Source: Lama guanicoe
Lineage: Eukaryota
Reading direction: 5' to 3'
Length of the DNA stretch: 64,000 bases
Assembly (NCBI GenBank): GCA_013239625.1
Contig: MU056000.1
Coordinates: 10,055,175-10,119,174 of the forward strand
A program made the translations under genes and the position numbers. Shown here in pieces: positions 36,401-50,240 of this stretch. Each line of letters starts with the position of its first letter. Position 1 is the stretch's first letter. The notes beneath the pieces are model-generated. The model worked only from the letters and a program-made list of their open reading frames with translations, made no database searches and was not told where the DNA came from.

Positions 36401-39400
36401 CCCTTGTCAGTGACTTCATGGCCTCTCACCTGGCGCCGTGCTCCCCAGAGGGGAACCAGGGTGAGCCTCCATCACATCACCTTTGGTCTTGATAGCATTC
36501 CCTGGATTGCCTGACAGCTGCTTCAACCTCGGGACACACTTGTGTCTGATAGGAACTGTTGTCAGAGTGTGGGATGAATAGTTTTGAAAGCAGGGAGACA
36601 GTCTGTTTTAGAAGGGATTGGCTTGTCGGTGCAATGAAGTTTCTTCCTACTTGCCTGTAGGTTTGGCTAACAGTCTCATTTGTAATAATGGAAGTGTGTT
36701 CTATGCCCTAATTTTGCTAAGGTTTGAAATATAAAAATTAGTGAGAAATTTACATGCAGAAACTTGGTCTTTGAGAGAATATCATTAATTGAAAAGGACA
36801 GTGTTATACTTCACATGCTTTTTTTCTAGGATTTATCTTAACGATTTTTGTACATTTTGTTTTCATCCTATGAAATTACCCATGGGGAAACTCACTAGCA
36901 TTTAAGAATTCACTTAATTTCTCCTGACAGAAGTGCTCCCCAGTTGTGAATTTGGAGTTCTGATGATTTTTTAAATCATTCCCTGATTTTCTAGAGAATT
37001 CATAAGGAAAATAGGACCAAGTACTGCTGAGAACCTTGGCATTGCTGTTACCTCCTCCCGGAGCAGGGATGGCACAGACTGGCATATACGCTCTGCCTCC
37101 ACCCGGGCGGCAAGGCATCGCCCCTCAGTGCACTTTGCCCCAAGCCAGGACCGTGCCCTGCTCCTCACACAGCCTGCAGACAGCCCCGAGTACCTCAGGA
37201 TGGAGCCCAGATGGCCCCTGGGATCTGGGGATGTGGGCCGTCTTCCAGTAGGGTTCAGAGGACACTGCTCCTTCCACTTCCTGTGGCTAATGCCTTATCG
37301 TGGCCAGGTTGGTTACTCCTCTCCTGGAACTTCCCTTACGTTTCCCTTGGCTGAGAGCTGTGACTCAGGCTCTGCGCGGCTGCGGCTCTGCGGTGCTGAG
37401 GTTGTGCCTGTGCAGTGATTCTTGTGATCTGTCTTCTCTCTGGATCAACCAGATTGTGGTTTAAACAGGGCTATTTTCCCTTCCTTTCTTCAATAGGAGG
37501 AGTCCAGTAAATACAAATAATAAAAAAATTGTGCCCTTAGAGACTTTGTTTTTTAAAAGGCTGTTAAAAAGGCATCAGTTTACAAAAAAAAATGTAGTGT
37601 GCTCTTTCAGAAGAATTAATGCATCCCCTAAATGTTACTGGTTTAAACAAAGTTATTAATTGGTAAAGATTTCCTTCTTTGACCAATCCCCCGACCCTCC
37701 CCCATTAAAAAAAATCCTTAAAGAAACTCGAATTTAAAAAAGGAAAAAAAAAATGAGTTCAACACTGCTACTTAACCATCAGCCTCATTTCCCCCGCCTC
37801 CCTAATGGGATTAGGTTTCGAACTTGGACTGAACCGAACGTTGTGTCCCTTCTGCTCCCCATCTTCCGAGGAAGGATGCACGGTGAGCTGCCCCCATTCC
37901 TGGCTACACTTTTCAGGATCCCCTGCGTTGGTGGCCTGGGGTTCTGTGGGATGCTACCAGCTATTAGCCTTCGACAGACGGTGACTGAATTTGTTTTCAT
38001 GGTAAGCATTTGTTTTTCAAACGTATTACCCAAGGGAACATGGCTCGTGAGAGAAGATGAATCCCACAGTTGAAAAATATGCATTCTCTCTCCCGCTTTC
38101 TGTGTGCTCTCTGATGCATTCATGAGGACTTCCCCTTGACCTTGACTTCACAGCTCCTGGGCCAGATGAGCAGGCTTCCCAGAGCCTACTGCCTGTGCAC
38201 ATCGCTGGTTCCGTGTCCACTGAAAATCCAGCCCGTTGCTCACTGATTGCCTGGCTTGCAGACTTTATCCACAGGGATTTGGAAATGTTTTGGTTAGGAG
38301 AGGTTTGCTGCTCACCTTAGCAGCACCGATGTTTGGGGAGTTGAAGGAAATACTGCACACTGTTCTCGTGTCCTCTGAGCAAAAAGACAACTGGCAGCTG
38401 CTGCAAACTCTGTGTCCTACAGCTGCGAGGCTGTCCCCTGCTCATGGCCTCTGTCCAGTCATCGGATCACAGGGCTTGGGTTCTGCAAGGTGCCTTTCAC
38501 TGCCCCCTGAACCAATAAAGACACTAACAGTGTTGTTGTGGCTTTGAACTTGTGATTTTGTCATATTGAGAAGATGGGAAAGCGTCCACGCGCTGGACTG
38601 TGTTTGCATTTGCTTAATATTAGCTGTCTGCTGTGGTGCAGGACGTCATTGGTTTGGAGGAGTCTTACTTCCCTTCCTAACTGTTCTGTCCTCATATGAG
38701 TAAGACATGGAATTTTAGAGGGAGGATTGCATGTTAGCATCTTTTATATGCTCCTGAAGTAAACTTCCATTGTAAAACACTTGTTTCATCATGGTTCTTT
38801 TCAGTACATACTATATGTGGATAGTTCTTGATGTTTCAGGAAAAAAAAATTCAAGTTAGGTTAGTGGGAGTGAGGGTGGACACTTTCTGGGTCCAGTTTT
38901 CATCCCGCGCTTTGACACCCTTCGAGCATCGCTGTGCTTCCCTTGTGATTCCCGTGCTTTTCTGCAGCAGTTGGCATCTTATTGTTCGTTAATCTGATCA
39001 GTCACCTTTGGTGTCCTGAACCCTAACCGCAAATCTGACTCCTCCTGTGGGCGCCCACCTTCCCTGAGCTCGCTGACTCGGTGCGCGAGCAGGACCTGGC
39101 CCAGCCCCCCGGGGCTCGCGGACAGTGCCACTTGTAGATGCACTCGGGGTCGAGCCATGTCCAGTGTCCTCGATTTGTACGAGTGTACCCTGTAGGCTGT
39201 TCAACATTTTCACTTCATAAAGCTTGTTTGTAATTTTAAATATTGTAGATTTTTTGTTGACTGGTGGGTCTTGGTTTTTGTGTGTGAGTGTGGTTGCAAA
39301 AAGCACCTAAGGGGTCATGGACGTATTAGAATTTGTCCTGTTGATGAGTATAGTGAAGTGACAGATAGAGATATTTGGAAGGGGGAAAGGCCATTTATTT

Positions 39401-42400
39401 GAAATGTTTAATGATAATTATTTGTAGTGTAACTTGCCATAATTTTAGTCATGATTTCAAAATTATGAGCTGCTTTTGTCCCCCATATACTTACATTTTT
39501 TTTGTCCAGTGTTCAGTACATAGGATTTTACACCCAGGATTCTTATAGTTTACATTTTCACAGCTCTAGTCATCGAGTCATTGCTATGAATTCTAAGGAT
39601 GATTACATTTAGTCTGAAAATGTATCAGTGCTTTTATGAACCCAGTATCTCTCCGTATCAGGACATGAGGTGATGAGTAACTGTAGATACTGTAAGTTTC
39701 TGAAATCTCTGTGCATCTTTCAATAGAGATGTTTATTTAAAGTGTTACGATCTTCTCACCCCCAATAAAAGAGTTGTTGTTAAACCTTTAGTGTGACCTT
39801 ACAATCGGCTACATCCTGAGTTAAGCAAATTTTAAAAATACTTGCTGATGTGCTTTAGAGAAAACTGGAGCAATTTGTTTAACCCAGCTTGGGAAATGAC
39901 TCTCAGGCAAGTGATCAGTAGATTTTGGTGGGGTGTGGTACGCATAAATGAAGTTGTACATGTGTTGGGGTGGTGGCTAGGGGGCTGGACTTCCCTGAAA
40001 TAGGAGTGAACTGCCAGATCTCAAAGGGATTTTAGTCATTTCCAGTGACTGGGTCCATAACACCCAGATCTTTCTCCTTTTTCCCATGGTATTAGGGCCC
40101 CTCCCTCTCTCGCTGCCTCCTTCCCCCATCCTCTGCCATTTCTTCTTTCCTTCCTTCCGCTTAGAAAGGCTAAAAGTGAGTGTTCTCAAAGTTGAAGCCA
40201 AAACAAAGTTACAGAGGATTCCAGGAGAGCTGGGGCCTAACATTGTCTTCTGAATTGAATCCTGAGGACTGTTGACATCAGCTGAAAAGTCAGTATATAA
40301 GAACATTGACAGGGCTTGTCCATCCAGCCACGTCCTGAGTGGGCTGCATATTCTGTTCATGGGGGGGCCACCTCTGAGGAACATTTGAAAGACAAGACTG
40401 GCATAGAAGTATTAAATGTGGCCATGAGAACAGGTCTTCTGGACTCTGAGTGGCCTCCTGGGCCCAGGCTGGCCACCACTTCTGCCAGAGTACAATGCAC
40501 ACCTGCAGTCCGTGCATAACCTGCCACGCTGCACACCTGCTCTGCATGTGCGGATGCAGAGATGCTTCCCTGCCAAGGAGCAGGGGACACTTGAGGACAT
40601 TGCCATTTCATGTCAGACACCTGAGAAAACACGAGGAGAGGCCAAAAGATAAGTGGAAATAATGATTGGGAGAAGACAGGGAGGGAAGAAGATGAAATAG
40701 TTGGAAGACGGTAGGTAACTAACTTCTGGGACACGTAGGGGAAAAATTTTAAATATTTTGAAATTGATTTAATTGATGAGAAGTAGGCTTGCCTGGGTTT
40801 GGCTAAGTCATGACATGTATTTTCATAAAAAATTTAAATGAAGCATATTCTTACTGCCAAGTGAAAAAAAAAGCATTTGCCTATTTATCAAGTCTTCACT
40901 TTTGCCAGGTAAGTTTTTAAGCCTTGCATTTAATATCACTAACATTTTATGCTGCCTTACCTAAGTTATGAGTGTATGTTAAGCAGTTTGTGGCCAGTAA
41001 TAGAATTTTTCACCGAAGATATAATTGTCTTCAGTGTTTATTTGATGGCTTATAGGGGCTTGTTCACAGTGTTCCTTAAATTGCTTTTTCCTGCGGCTGA
41101 TTTGATTTAGCAGAGGGCACGTTGGTGTTGCATTTGTATCTGACATACCATATTTGGAATGCAGAATTGACAGAATAAACCGAACTGTGAACAGTTGGGA
41201 GTAAGCCCATAGTCTGCAAACACATCTGTAGAAAATCCAACGGCAGCAGGCAGATCTAACTTGCTTCTCTTACAAATAGGCTGACTTCTCCCATTTGCAA
41301 AGTGAAATAGTCAACTGTTAACTTCCTTAATGATTCTGTGAAGCTTCTCCAGTGAGCAGTCCCCTTGTGGAAGGTGGAAATGGAGTTGGGGGTGGGAGTG
41401 TGGTGAGGTTTTTTCCTTTGAAGCAGAGATGACCGTTACGCTGTTTGGAGTGCCTGAGCCTGAGAAGAGCTGCTGAGAAGACTGATGCCTAGCTGTGCTC
41501 CAGTAAATGTTTTCAAAATACTTTTTTCAGCAGCCTGGGACCTGGGTGTTTTGAATAGCTTGTTAAACAGACTTTTAAGAGGTAGAGCCACTACTGAGTA
41601 GTGTTTAAATGTTGACTTGATTCATGAGACTATACTGGAAAATAAATTGCAAACTTGAGTTAAGTGTGACATTTTAAACGAGCTTTTGGTCCTTAAAATC
41701 ACTTTTCCTAGCTGGAGATGATCTAGCTTCTCCCTTGTTTTTCTTGCCTCGTCACCAAGCTTTAGAGCACCAGGCCAGCCTCCCCAGCTCTCAAACATAT
41801 TCCTTTTTTAGAAATAAAAGTACCTGGCCTCTATGATCCATAACTGTGAGTCATCCAGTGGATGGATATTAAAGAACTATAAAAACATACTTCAAGTAAG
41901 ATTTTCACGTTGTTCCAGAGCACACTCTAAATTTGGACTCATTTAAAATGGAAGTGAAAGGCTGTACCGTTGGTGCCTTGATGAAACATTCTGGTTGATG
42001 CTACTTTTGAGTTGCCTTTCACACGGGCAGGGTCAGCCTCACCTGGACAGAGGCACTGGGTTGACTTTCATTTGCCTCTGAAATGACAGCCCCTCATTCG
42101 TACATCAGTACGGTAACCAGTTTCTGATGTTTGAGAGTCTTGGACAAAAAGCCTGAAGGTTTTGCCATGCCAGTGTGAGCTAATACTTGGCAGATACATT
42201 CATGTTTATTTAAAGTTTTATTTTAATGTTTGGGGATGTTTGGGCAAATTCGACACAGCATGAGTGCTTGTTAATACCAAGATGTGTTAACAGTGGGAAG
42301 GTCATGAGATGAAAAAGTTCCTTTGCCAGAGAAGCCAGAAGTGATGAATGGGGACTTGATAGTGTTTTATGGAATGTCAGTTTTGGCCTGTCTTTCTTCT

Positions 42401-43589
42401 GTGTCTAGTTATTATGCCACATACAGTAAGTTGAAGTCCTGGAATGAATCGCATGCTATTTTCCCCACCATTTTGAAATGCAGCACATGGTATTCACAAA
42501 GCTGATGCCCAGCCAAGAGTTAATGGAGGCAATAAGGATTTTTAAGAAAAAGCGAAAGTTACCAGGTGTTTTTGCTGTGGTGCTGGTGGTTTGTTTTGCT
42601 GATAGTTGAGGCTCCAAGGTACGGAGAGTGCCATTCTCTCTGCATTGCCGTGAAATTGTAAACACTTGTGTCGCCGGCTTTGTCCGACTCACTTTTGTTC
42701 CCTGCAGCGTCAGTGTAATATCTGGCTTGCAGTTGGCTCTCAGTCAGGACGGACCTTTGAATCTATGTTTTTGAAAATCATTGTGCCAAGGAGTGTTTTT
42801 AGCAGTCACATTCAATCCAGTTTGTAACCTGAATAAATTATGTTTTTTTTTGTTGCTAGAATTTTTGAATTTATGAACAAAAATGAACTTTTGTAATAGG
42901 CCTTGACATTTGAATTTTTATTTCAATTTGATCTCACATAGAACTCTTATTGAGTAAAGGGTGCTGTGAAGGTTTGCTTTATACAGAGTGCTCCAAGGAG
43001 TTATTGCTACTTAGATGTTACATTTTGTGTTTCCTAATTGTTAAAATGATGTGTTTCCTTATAAAACAATGACAGAACGATACATGGGGGGAGGGGAGGA
43101 GAAAGGACTTATTAAAATAATGACAGAAAGGCTTCTTTCTTACAGGGATGAATGTGTTTTGTCGTTGAAGTTTTCATTTGTTCTGCTGCTGAGCCAGTCC
43201 TGGTTGAGCTGGGAGCAGACCCTGCTCTGTTAGATTTGCGGATAAGAAGCGTGATTCTGTCTTTGTTTCTTTCATAATCACAACCTCGCTTTTCTCCTTG
43301 CCAGCCGAGAACTTAGGCCGGAACATCAACAAGGTGGACAGTAACTTTGAATTTGTGAATACAGATTTTATAAAATCACTAGTGTTTTATTCCTGACATC
43401 TGCCAGGTTATGCAGAATAAAGAGTTTAAAAAACATTTTGGTGAAAAGGACAAACTCTGCACTTGTTGGAGTTGAGTAAATATTTTGTGATTCAGTTTCA
43501 AGTGATCTTAGGATACTCGAGATGCCAGATTGCCTGTCTTGGGTGCCGACACGGTGCCATCTGTTGTTCTCAGGGCAGCTTTCCTTGCC

Positions 43590-43740
43590 TGAGGTACTCA
43601 CTAAATAAGGACACTGTTGTCCCCACTCCACACAGGGAACTGGAGGTACAGAGGAGTTAAGTAGCCCATGGTACAGAGTTAGTTAAGGAATGGGATGATC
43701 TGAACCTAGTTCCTGGTCCAGCCTCATAGCCACTTAGCTT
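43590..43740 (-). mobile_element. MIR fragment
   Basis: cacagggaactggaggtacagaggagttaagtagcccatggtacagagttagt...tgaacctag. Confidence 0.55.
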
Positions 43741-46700
43741 TAACTGTTTTCAACTAAATAGCTCAGTAGACATGGGCATAAATTAATGCAGTTTATTTTT
43801 CACATGACTTATCGAATGAGACCCGTTATCTGCTAACGTCTTGAAAGCTGGTTCCTGTATTTGAGTGACTTTTCTGCCCTCATTCTCATCATTTTCCCCT
43901 GCACCGTTGATGATAACCTGTAAGGAGGGACTGGTAAGGGAGAAAGTGACAACTTTTGGCTCCAGATGGTTTTCCTCTGTTTTTTAGCTTTTCTGCTGTA
44001 GCCTCTCCCGTTTCCAGGTCTGTCCTTTGAGTCGAATCCCATGTGGCCTGGGAACGTCCGGGTGGGGAGAACCTGGTGATGCCATTTAAGCGGAAAGGCC
44101 GTGGGATGAGCCCGTGCACTTGTGCGCACAGCGAATGTGTTTTTAGCAGTGGAGCTTTGGCTCATTGTAGTGAAAATGTTTTTCCATGAATAATTCTTTA
44201 ATGTTGGTCTTGGGTTTTTACTGCAGACGTTACAAGTCTGGCTCTGGTTCCCCTTTTAAAAACTCTTACAAATTGCCAGTTTGGTGTAAGGGTTAGGGAA
44301 TCACATTACTTTCGATTTATATTTGTTTCTATTTTTAGTATTTAAGTTATTTTTTAAAATGTCCTAGCAGTATTGAAAAAAATGTGTCTACATGTGAAGA
44401 TTATTCCACATTAAGCCCAAGCTTTAGTGAGGATTCTGGCACGTGACTTGTGGCACGTGCCTACTCTTGAATACTGTGTACAAGTCTGGTGCTTCTGCTC
44501 CCGTGGTTTAATGAAGCACCCAATACCCTTAATGATGTATTTATTATCAAATTTGGATGAAAATCACCAGCCCAGCAACAAGTGGAATGGTTTTGAGACT
44601 TTTCTCATTTTCCAAACACCCAGTATTTCTGTTGAATTGGATTGGAGGGGCCAGGAAAGGATTCGTCTGGAAAAACAGAGATGGCTGTTACTTTTTATGC
44701 TAAGTAAGTGTGTGGCCTGGGAGAGTGTGTTGGGTCATTCCTATCCCAGGTGGAACACGACTGAGGCATGCATAAATTTATGGGTCAGTGCAGTTCATTT
44801 TCCTGCCCTCACGAAGGTACTTTGTGTGATTTCTGCCCATCTGGGCTTTAAAGAGGTCTGTGGTTCTCTGCAGAGAGCCAGGTCTTCAGAAGTTAGTTCG
44901 TTTCTTGCACAGACAGTTGGCCTCTTTTGGTCAACAGAGCTGGTTTATGTGGTTGTTAGTGAACGGGTCTATAGCGAGGATGTTACAGGCTTGATCTAAC
45001 GCAGGCCACTAATTTTGAACAGGGGAGACAGCCTGCTGAAGGGGATTGCTTCCTCTGGTCCCCGGGGCCACTGCTAACCTGTGGCCCTCCTGTGGGCTGC
45101 AAGGTGATGGGTAGGGCTGCGTGGGTCAGACCCCGTCTGCTCAGGTGTGTAGGGAAGCCTGGCTGCTGACAAAGAGGATGTCGTCAAATTTAGGCAATCT
45201 GAAAAGAAAAAGAAATACCAATACCATCCGTGAACTCAACCACTTACACAAATGTTTAAAAAAGGACATTGGTGAACCTCTTTGTTCTTAAGAGATCATT
45301 ATAAAAATGTGTATGTGCAAAACATGTCTTCCTAAAGAAGTCTGAGCCACTCAGAGGAGAAACTGGAGTTGGCTCCTGGCCTTCTCGCAGACACTCGCCT
45401 TTATTCACTTCCTGCCTGTCTCAGTGATTCAGGCACCTGAAACTTCAGTGTGTGTCTTTGACTTGGCTTCTCTCTCCTCCTTTTTATTCTTTTGAAGATG
45501 GACTCAGATGCTTGGGGCAGTGACTTGTGGTGCTTCTAATCCTTTGCAGGTACCTGCCCATCCCCCCACATCTTCAAAGAACTTACTAAATTCTGTTTAA
45601 TTCCTCCTCAAGCAGAAGTGAATGGCTGGCCTAGTCTATTCAGTTTTTCAGGACACATTTGCATACCTGCCCCTTCATTTGACACCTGTGGCTTCTGAAA
45701 ATAAAGCCAGATAGCGCTGCATAGTAATTTAATCAGTTGTATCCACACAAGTGCTTCTAGGATTTCCCTCCTGAATTAGGTAACAATACCCTTCCCCCGA
45801 GATTGATACATATAATTAATTAAGTAGCCCAGCAAGTTCTCCTGGAAAGGAGGGAGTGGCAGGCACAACGCTTCCACCTTTGCAGACCTCCCCCCAGCAC
45901 ACAGGTGGGAGGCCTTGTACTGTGGCATTGACCAGAGATCTGTCCACTGTTCGTCTGCCTCTGGGTCCCACCCTGTGGGGCAGAGCTGGTTCATTAAAGT
46001 TCCCACAGTATTTATCAAAAAACCCAGTTGGGCCTACTTGGCATATGTGTCTGTTACACTCTGCATCCACAAATGTTGAAATGATTTTTCTAGAAATTAG
46101 AAGCAAGTTATTGATCATGAGTCATTTGTCGGCTATGCAGTGCGCATGCGGTCTTCTACCGCCATTTGAGAATAGCCCCTTAACTTTCATTATCATTAAC
46201 ACCTGTAGTATAATTTATAACAATAAGAAGAGTGAATAAATCATAGGTCAGATGAATAGGGAAGTTCATTCTGATGATAAAGTAGACACTAATCAGGACT
46301 TAAAGAATTAGGCCACAGTCAGGAAAGTTGCAGACTGGAAAAATAATTATTAGTGGAGAATCTCGTGGTTCTTAGCATATCTTCCTGAAGCTAGCAGCCC
46401 TGCTTCTTCACCGTGAAATCCTCATTGTGCTGATTAACCTCTGTATTTAGTAACCCCAGGTAGCTCATTTATTGTTCAATGTTCACACTTTTTTTTTTAA
46501 ACCAAGCATATTAGGGGATGTTGGCATATCAAAGATGTGAACAAAAAATAGACGGAATTTAGAAAGAGTAATAAAGACTAGAATTGGGAGATAATGCACC
46601 CTAATAAAAGAAATTCAGAAAGAACGATGCATCTAATCGTCAGGGATAATGTGATTGTATTGTAAAGGAGAGGAACGTATTTAGCACTAATAATAATAGT

Positions 46701-46788
46701 AATGACAATAATAAGGAATGCTTTCATTTAGCAAGTGTCTCATTCAAATGTAGAGGAAGTGCCCCCAGTAACTTCTTGGAAGCCCAAG

Positions 46789-46893
46789 GTAGGTTACCAA
46801 ATAATTTGTTGTACAAACCAGAACATCTGTAAGAATGAAAGGGAGTGCTGTTAATAACTATGCTGGGACAACAGGTGTGAATCAGAACTGCCT
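46789..46893. mobile_element. MER81-like hAT-Blackjack MITE (truncated)
   Basis: taggttaccaaataatttgttgtacaaacc...tgaaagggagtgctgttaataactatgctgggacaacaggtg is visibly alignable to the copy at 33352. Confidence 0.7.
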
Positions 46894-49129
46894 GTAAGGT
46901 AGTTAATAACAAGAATATGATAGAACCCTACTTATTCAGTCAGTATAACGCTGGCCTTTCCATGAGTATTTACTGGTCTAGAATAGAAGAGGGAGGGTCT
47001 GTTTAATAGAATAGATCTGGTTTGTTATTACACCGATTAAACAAATTCTGCATGGGCATTACCTATCCTCAGGGCTGAGTCTGGACTACCCTTAAAATCA
47101 GAGTTTTAAAAACCTTGAGTGTGGCTTACAAGTCAGAAATGGTTACTCCGCAAGACATAGTTTACTTTGAAGGTAAAAGAGTGATGATGGGTACGGGAAA
47201 GTGCCATATATGGCATTGTTTTTAACAGCTTATGAGATTTGGAGAACTCTGGATATTTTCAAAAGCTTTCTGCTGCTGCTGGGAATGGAATGGAGGCCCT
47301 GCTGGGAAGTAACTCAGAAATCTGTCAATAACTGCTCTAATTCCAGGAGCTCGAATTTGGAAGTTTTGTGTGCAAAACTGCGTTTCCGTTCAGCTTCTAT
47401 TTATTAGTAATAACTTTGAATTTCTCTTTATTGTATGGCACATATTTTTGATTAAAATATTTTTATTCAGCCATTAAAATGAGGTAGGTAGTAGGGTAAT
47501 ACTATAATAATAATACACCTTGATACCGAAGGATGTTCATTATTAAGAAAGTGATCAGGCAATTTACAAAACAGTACTGTTACTTGCTTCTATTTTTCTT
47601 TTTACCCTTGGGCACACATGTTACAGATAAAATAGTGTAAGGATATATTACTAAATTTAACTGCTTATTTGAGAATTAGTGGAATTTCTGTTTATTTCCT
47701 TCTAACTGGTGATACATTGACCAGATTTTCTGTTCATGTCTACTTTTAAAATACGAAAACCTAGAAATGAACCTTTTTCCTTTGATAAAAGTGGTGGTTC
47801 GTACTCTGAAGCTGGCTAGCTCTTTATGTTCAAGATCGTGTTTTCAGATGGTGAAATCATTCACTGTCATCTCGTTCTCATGGTCAGAAGCCAGAGATCA
47901 GTTACTACATGTCATTCAGAAAGCGCTCTGTAACCAGTGAGGCAGTCGTGTGGTGGTCAGATGTCATAACCGGCAGGCCCGTGGTCGTCCTTCAGGCTCT
48001 GCCATCCTCTGTCAGCAGAGTCAGAGCATCTCATCCGACAGGGGCGTCTTTCTGATTATTTCCACATGCGTTTAGGTGACTGATTTATGTGAAACTGGGG
48101 AATAAGACCTCCCATGCATTCTTACAGCCTCCCTGACTACTGCAGTTAAAGATGAAGAGGAGGATGCTGAAGTTACTGAAAATCCTAGTGACCGTTTATG
48201 GTGTGCTCTTACTATGCCGTGCCTGGTGCAGACTCTAAGCCCAAATCCTCTGCTCCACCTCTGGACTGACCAGCCTGCCTCTCTTCCTGTGCTTTCTCAC
48301 TATTCTCAGCAAGAGCGTTGGCTCCGTCAGCACTTCTGGCCTGTCCAGCCCCAGTTCCAGCGAGGCACCTTGAGGACCAGGCAGTCGGTGCAGCTCTGTC
48401 CACTCATGTGTTGAGCATCCCTGCATTGTCAAAATCAGCAGGTGCCACAGGCATTGCTAAGGGACTTTCTACCCCTGAAGTTTCTTAGAAATATGACTTG
48501 TCTTTCCACTTCTTGGCGTGTGTGTAATTTTATGAATTCTTCTGATTCATGTTGTTTCCATCCTCCAGTTTGATGTCTCTGAGCGTGGATCAGCAGCCGG
48601 TAGGTAGTTTGTTTTTCCTTTGTATTTATGCTCTCAGTCTTTCATTTTCTCTTTAAAGTCTATAAATGGAAGTAAAGTAAATAAGGCACATAGGGCCCTT
48701 TTGTTTGACTATTTAAAATTATCATTTTCTTTCTTCACTGTTATACAGGTGCCCCACTAGGTGGAAAGATGGACATGGTGAGAGATTTAGGACTTGATTC
48801 ATTTTTAAGTTATATGTTAAGTCCATAGACATCTCTAGATACCTGGATAGTAACTGAATTTTAAAAATTCAAGTAAAGTCTGTGTTTCAAGGGAAGGATG
48901 TTATTCTAGGAATTCTGCTGAAATAAACGGTGTGCGTAGGCGAATGCTTGAATATTTAGGCATTGCCGGTAGCGGAGTTGGCAGTGTTAAACAGCTTATG
49001 GCATATTCAATACAGGAATACTAGATGGCCCTTATAGGGGATGGTTTAGATCTGTATTTACTTTTACAGAAAGATGTCCACTGTAAGTGTACATATATGC
49101 ACACATGTGTAAGACATTGACATAATGCC

Positions 49130-50240
49130 AGACAGCCAGAAAACCTGCAAACATTGTATGAAATAATTCTAAATACTTTTCACCCTGATTTCCCCAATGT
49201 TAGTATTTTACCACATTTGTTATATCATTCATGTTTTCTTCTTTCTGTTTTTTATATATTTTTTAATCCTCTAGGTAAACTTTTTTTTTTCTGAAACATT
49301 TGTAATTAAGTTGTAGACATGATGCCTCTCTTACCACCAGATACCTCAGGGTGTACTTCCTAAAACCAAGGATGTTCTATTACATACCACAGTAAAATGA
49401 TCGCAATCAGGAAAGTTGCGTTGATTGAGCACGGTCGTTTAATTTAGAAACCTTATTCAGATTTTTCCAGTCGTCTCGGTAATGTCCTTTATCTGGTGCG
49501 GGGTCTGTTCCGGGATCACACATGCATTTAGTTGCTTGTCTCTTTGGTTCTCTTTTAATCTGGAAGAGCTAGCTACTCAGTCTTTCCTGATCTGTCAGGA
49601 CCTTGACAGTTTTGAGGAATACAAGCTAGTGAATTCTAGCCAAATTGTTGAGTGTTCCTCTGTCTGGATTTCTGTGTTACTTCCTCATGATTAGCTTCAG
49701 AGGATGCATTTTTGCTAGAACGGTGGTGGAAGTGATGCGCTCGTCCCTGTGCGTTTCATCAGGAAGCACACAGCGTTGTGTGTCTGTCCCATGACTGGTG
49801 ACATTAACTTTGATCACTTAGGTGGTTCCTACCAATCTCCTTTGTAAAATTAATAACTTTTTGCTTTGTAATTAGTATCTTGTGAGGATTTTCTTTGAAA
49901 CTGTGTAAGAATCACATTTCTCATCATGCTTTCCCCTTTTAACTTTATACCCATTGGTGATTTTTGTTTGTCTGGTATTTGCCAAATGGTAGTTTTCTAA
50001 TTCCTTCCCTTATTCTTATATTAGTTGGAATGCTACTGGAAGAAAGAGCTTTCCCTACTCATTTACCTATTTATTTATATCAGAATAGGCTCATAGATTG
50101 TCAATTAGTTCTATTGATTATTATCCATTATTATCATTATTTCTGCCCAGATTGTTTCAGGTTGGCCAGTGGGAGCCTGCTCAAGTTTCAACTTGTCCTG
50201 AGCACTTTTGAGCACTTTGTAGGTTTTTCTGAGCACTTCC
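49130..50240 (-). mobile_element. Ancient L1M (L1MC-type) 3' UTR
   Basis: ttctgaaacatttg...aagttgtagacatgatgc, ttcctaaaaccaaggatgttctattacata, ggtgacattaactttgatcactt. Shares motifs with the copies at 2880 and 16230. Confidence 0.8.

Noticed and set aside
44427..44999. 190-codon ORF in the intron
   Set aside because: GTG start, no recognisable domain and no splice context tying it to TRIO. Consistent with a chance ORF.
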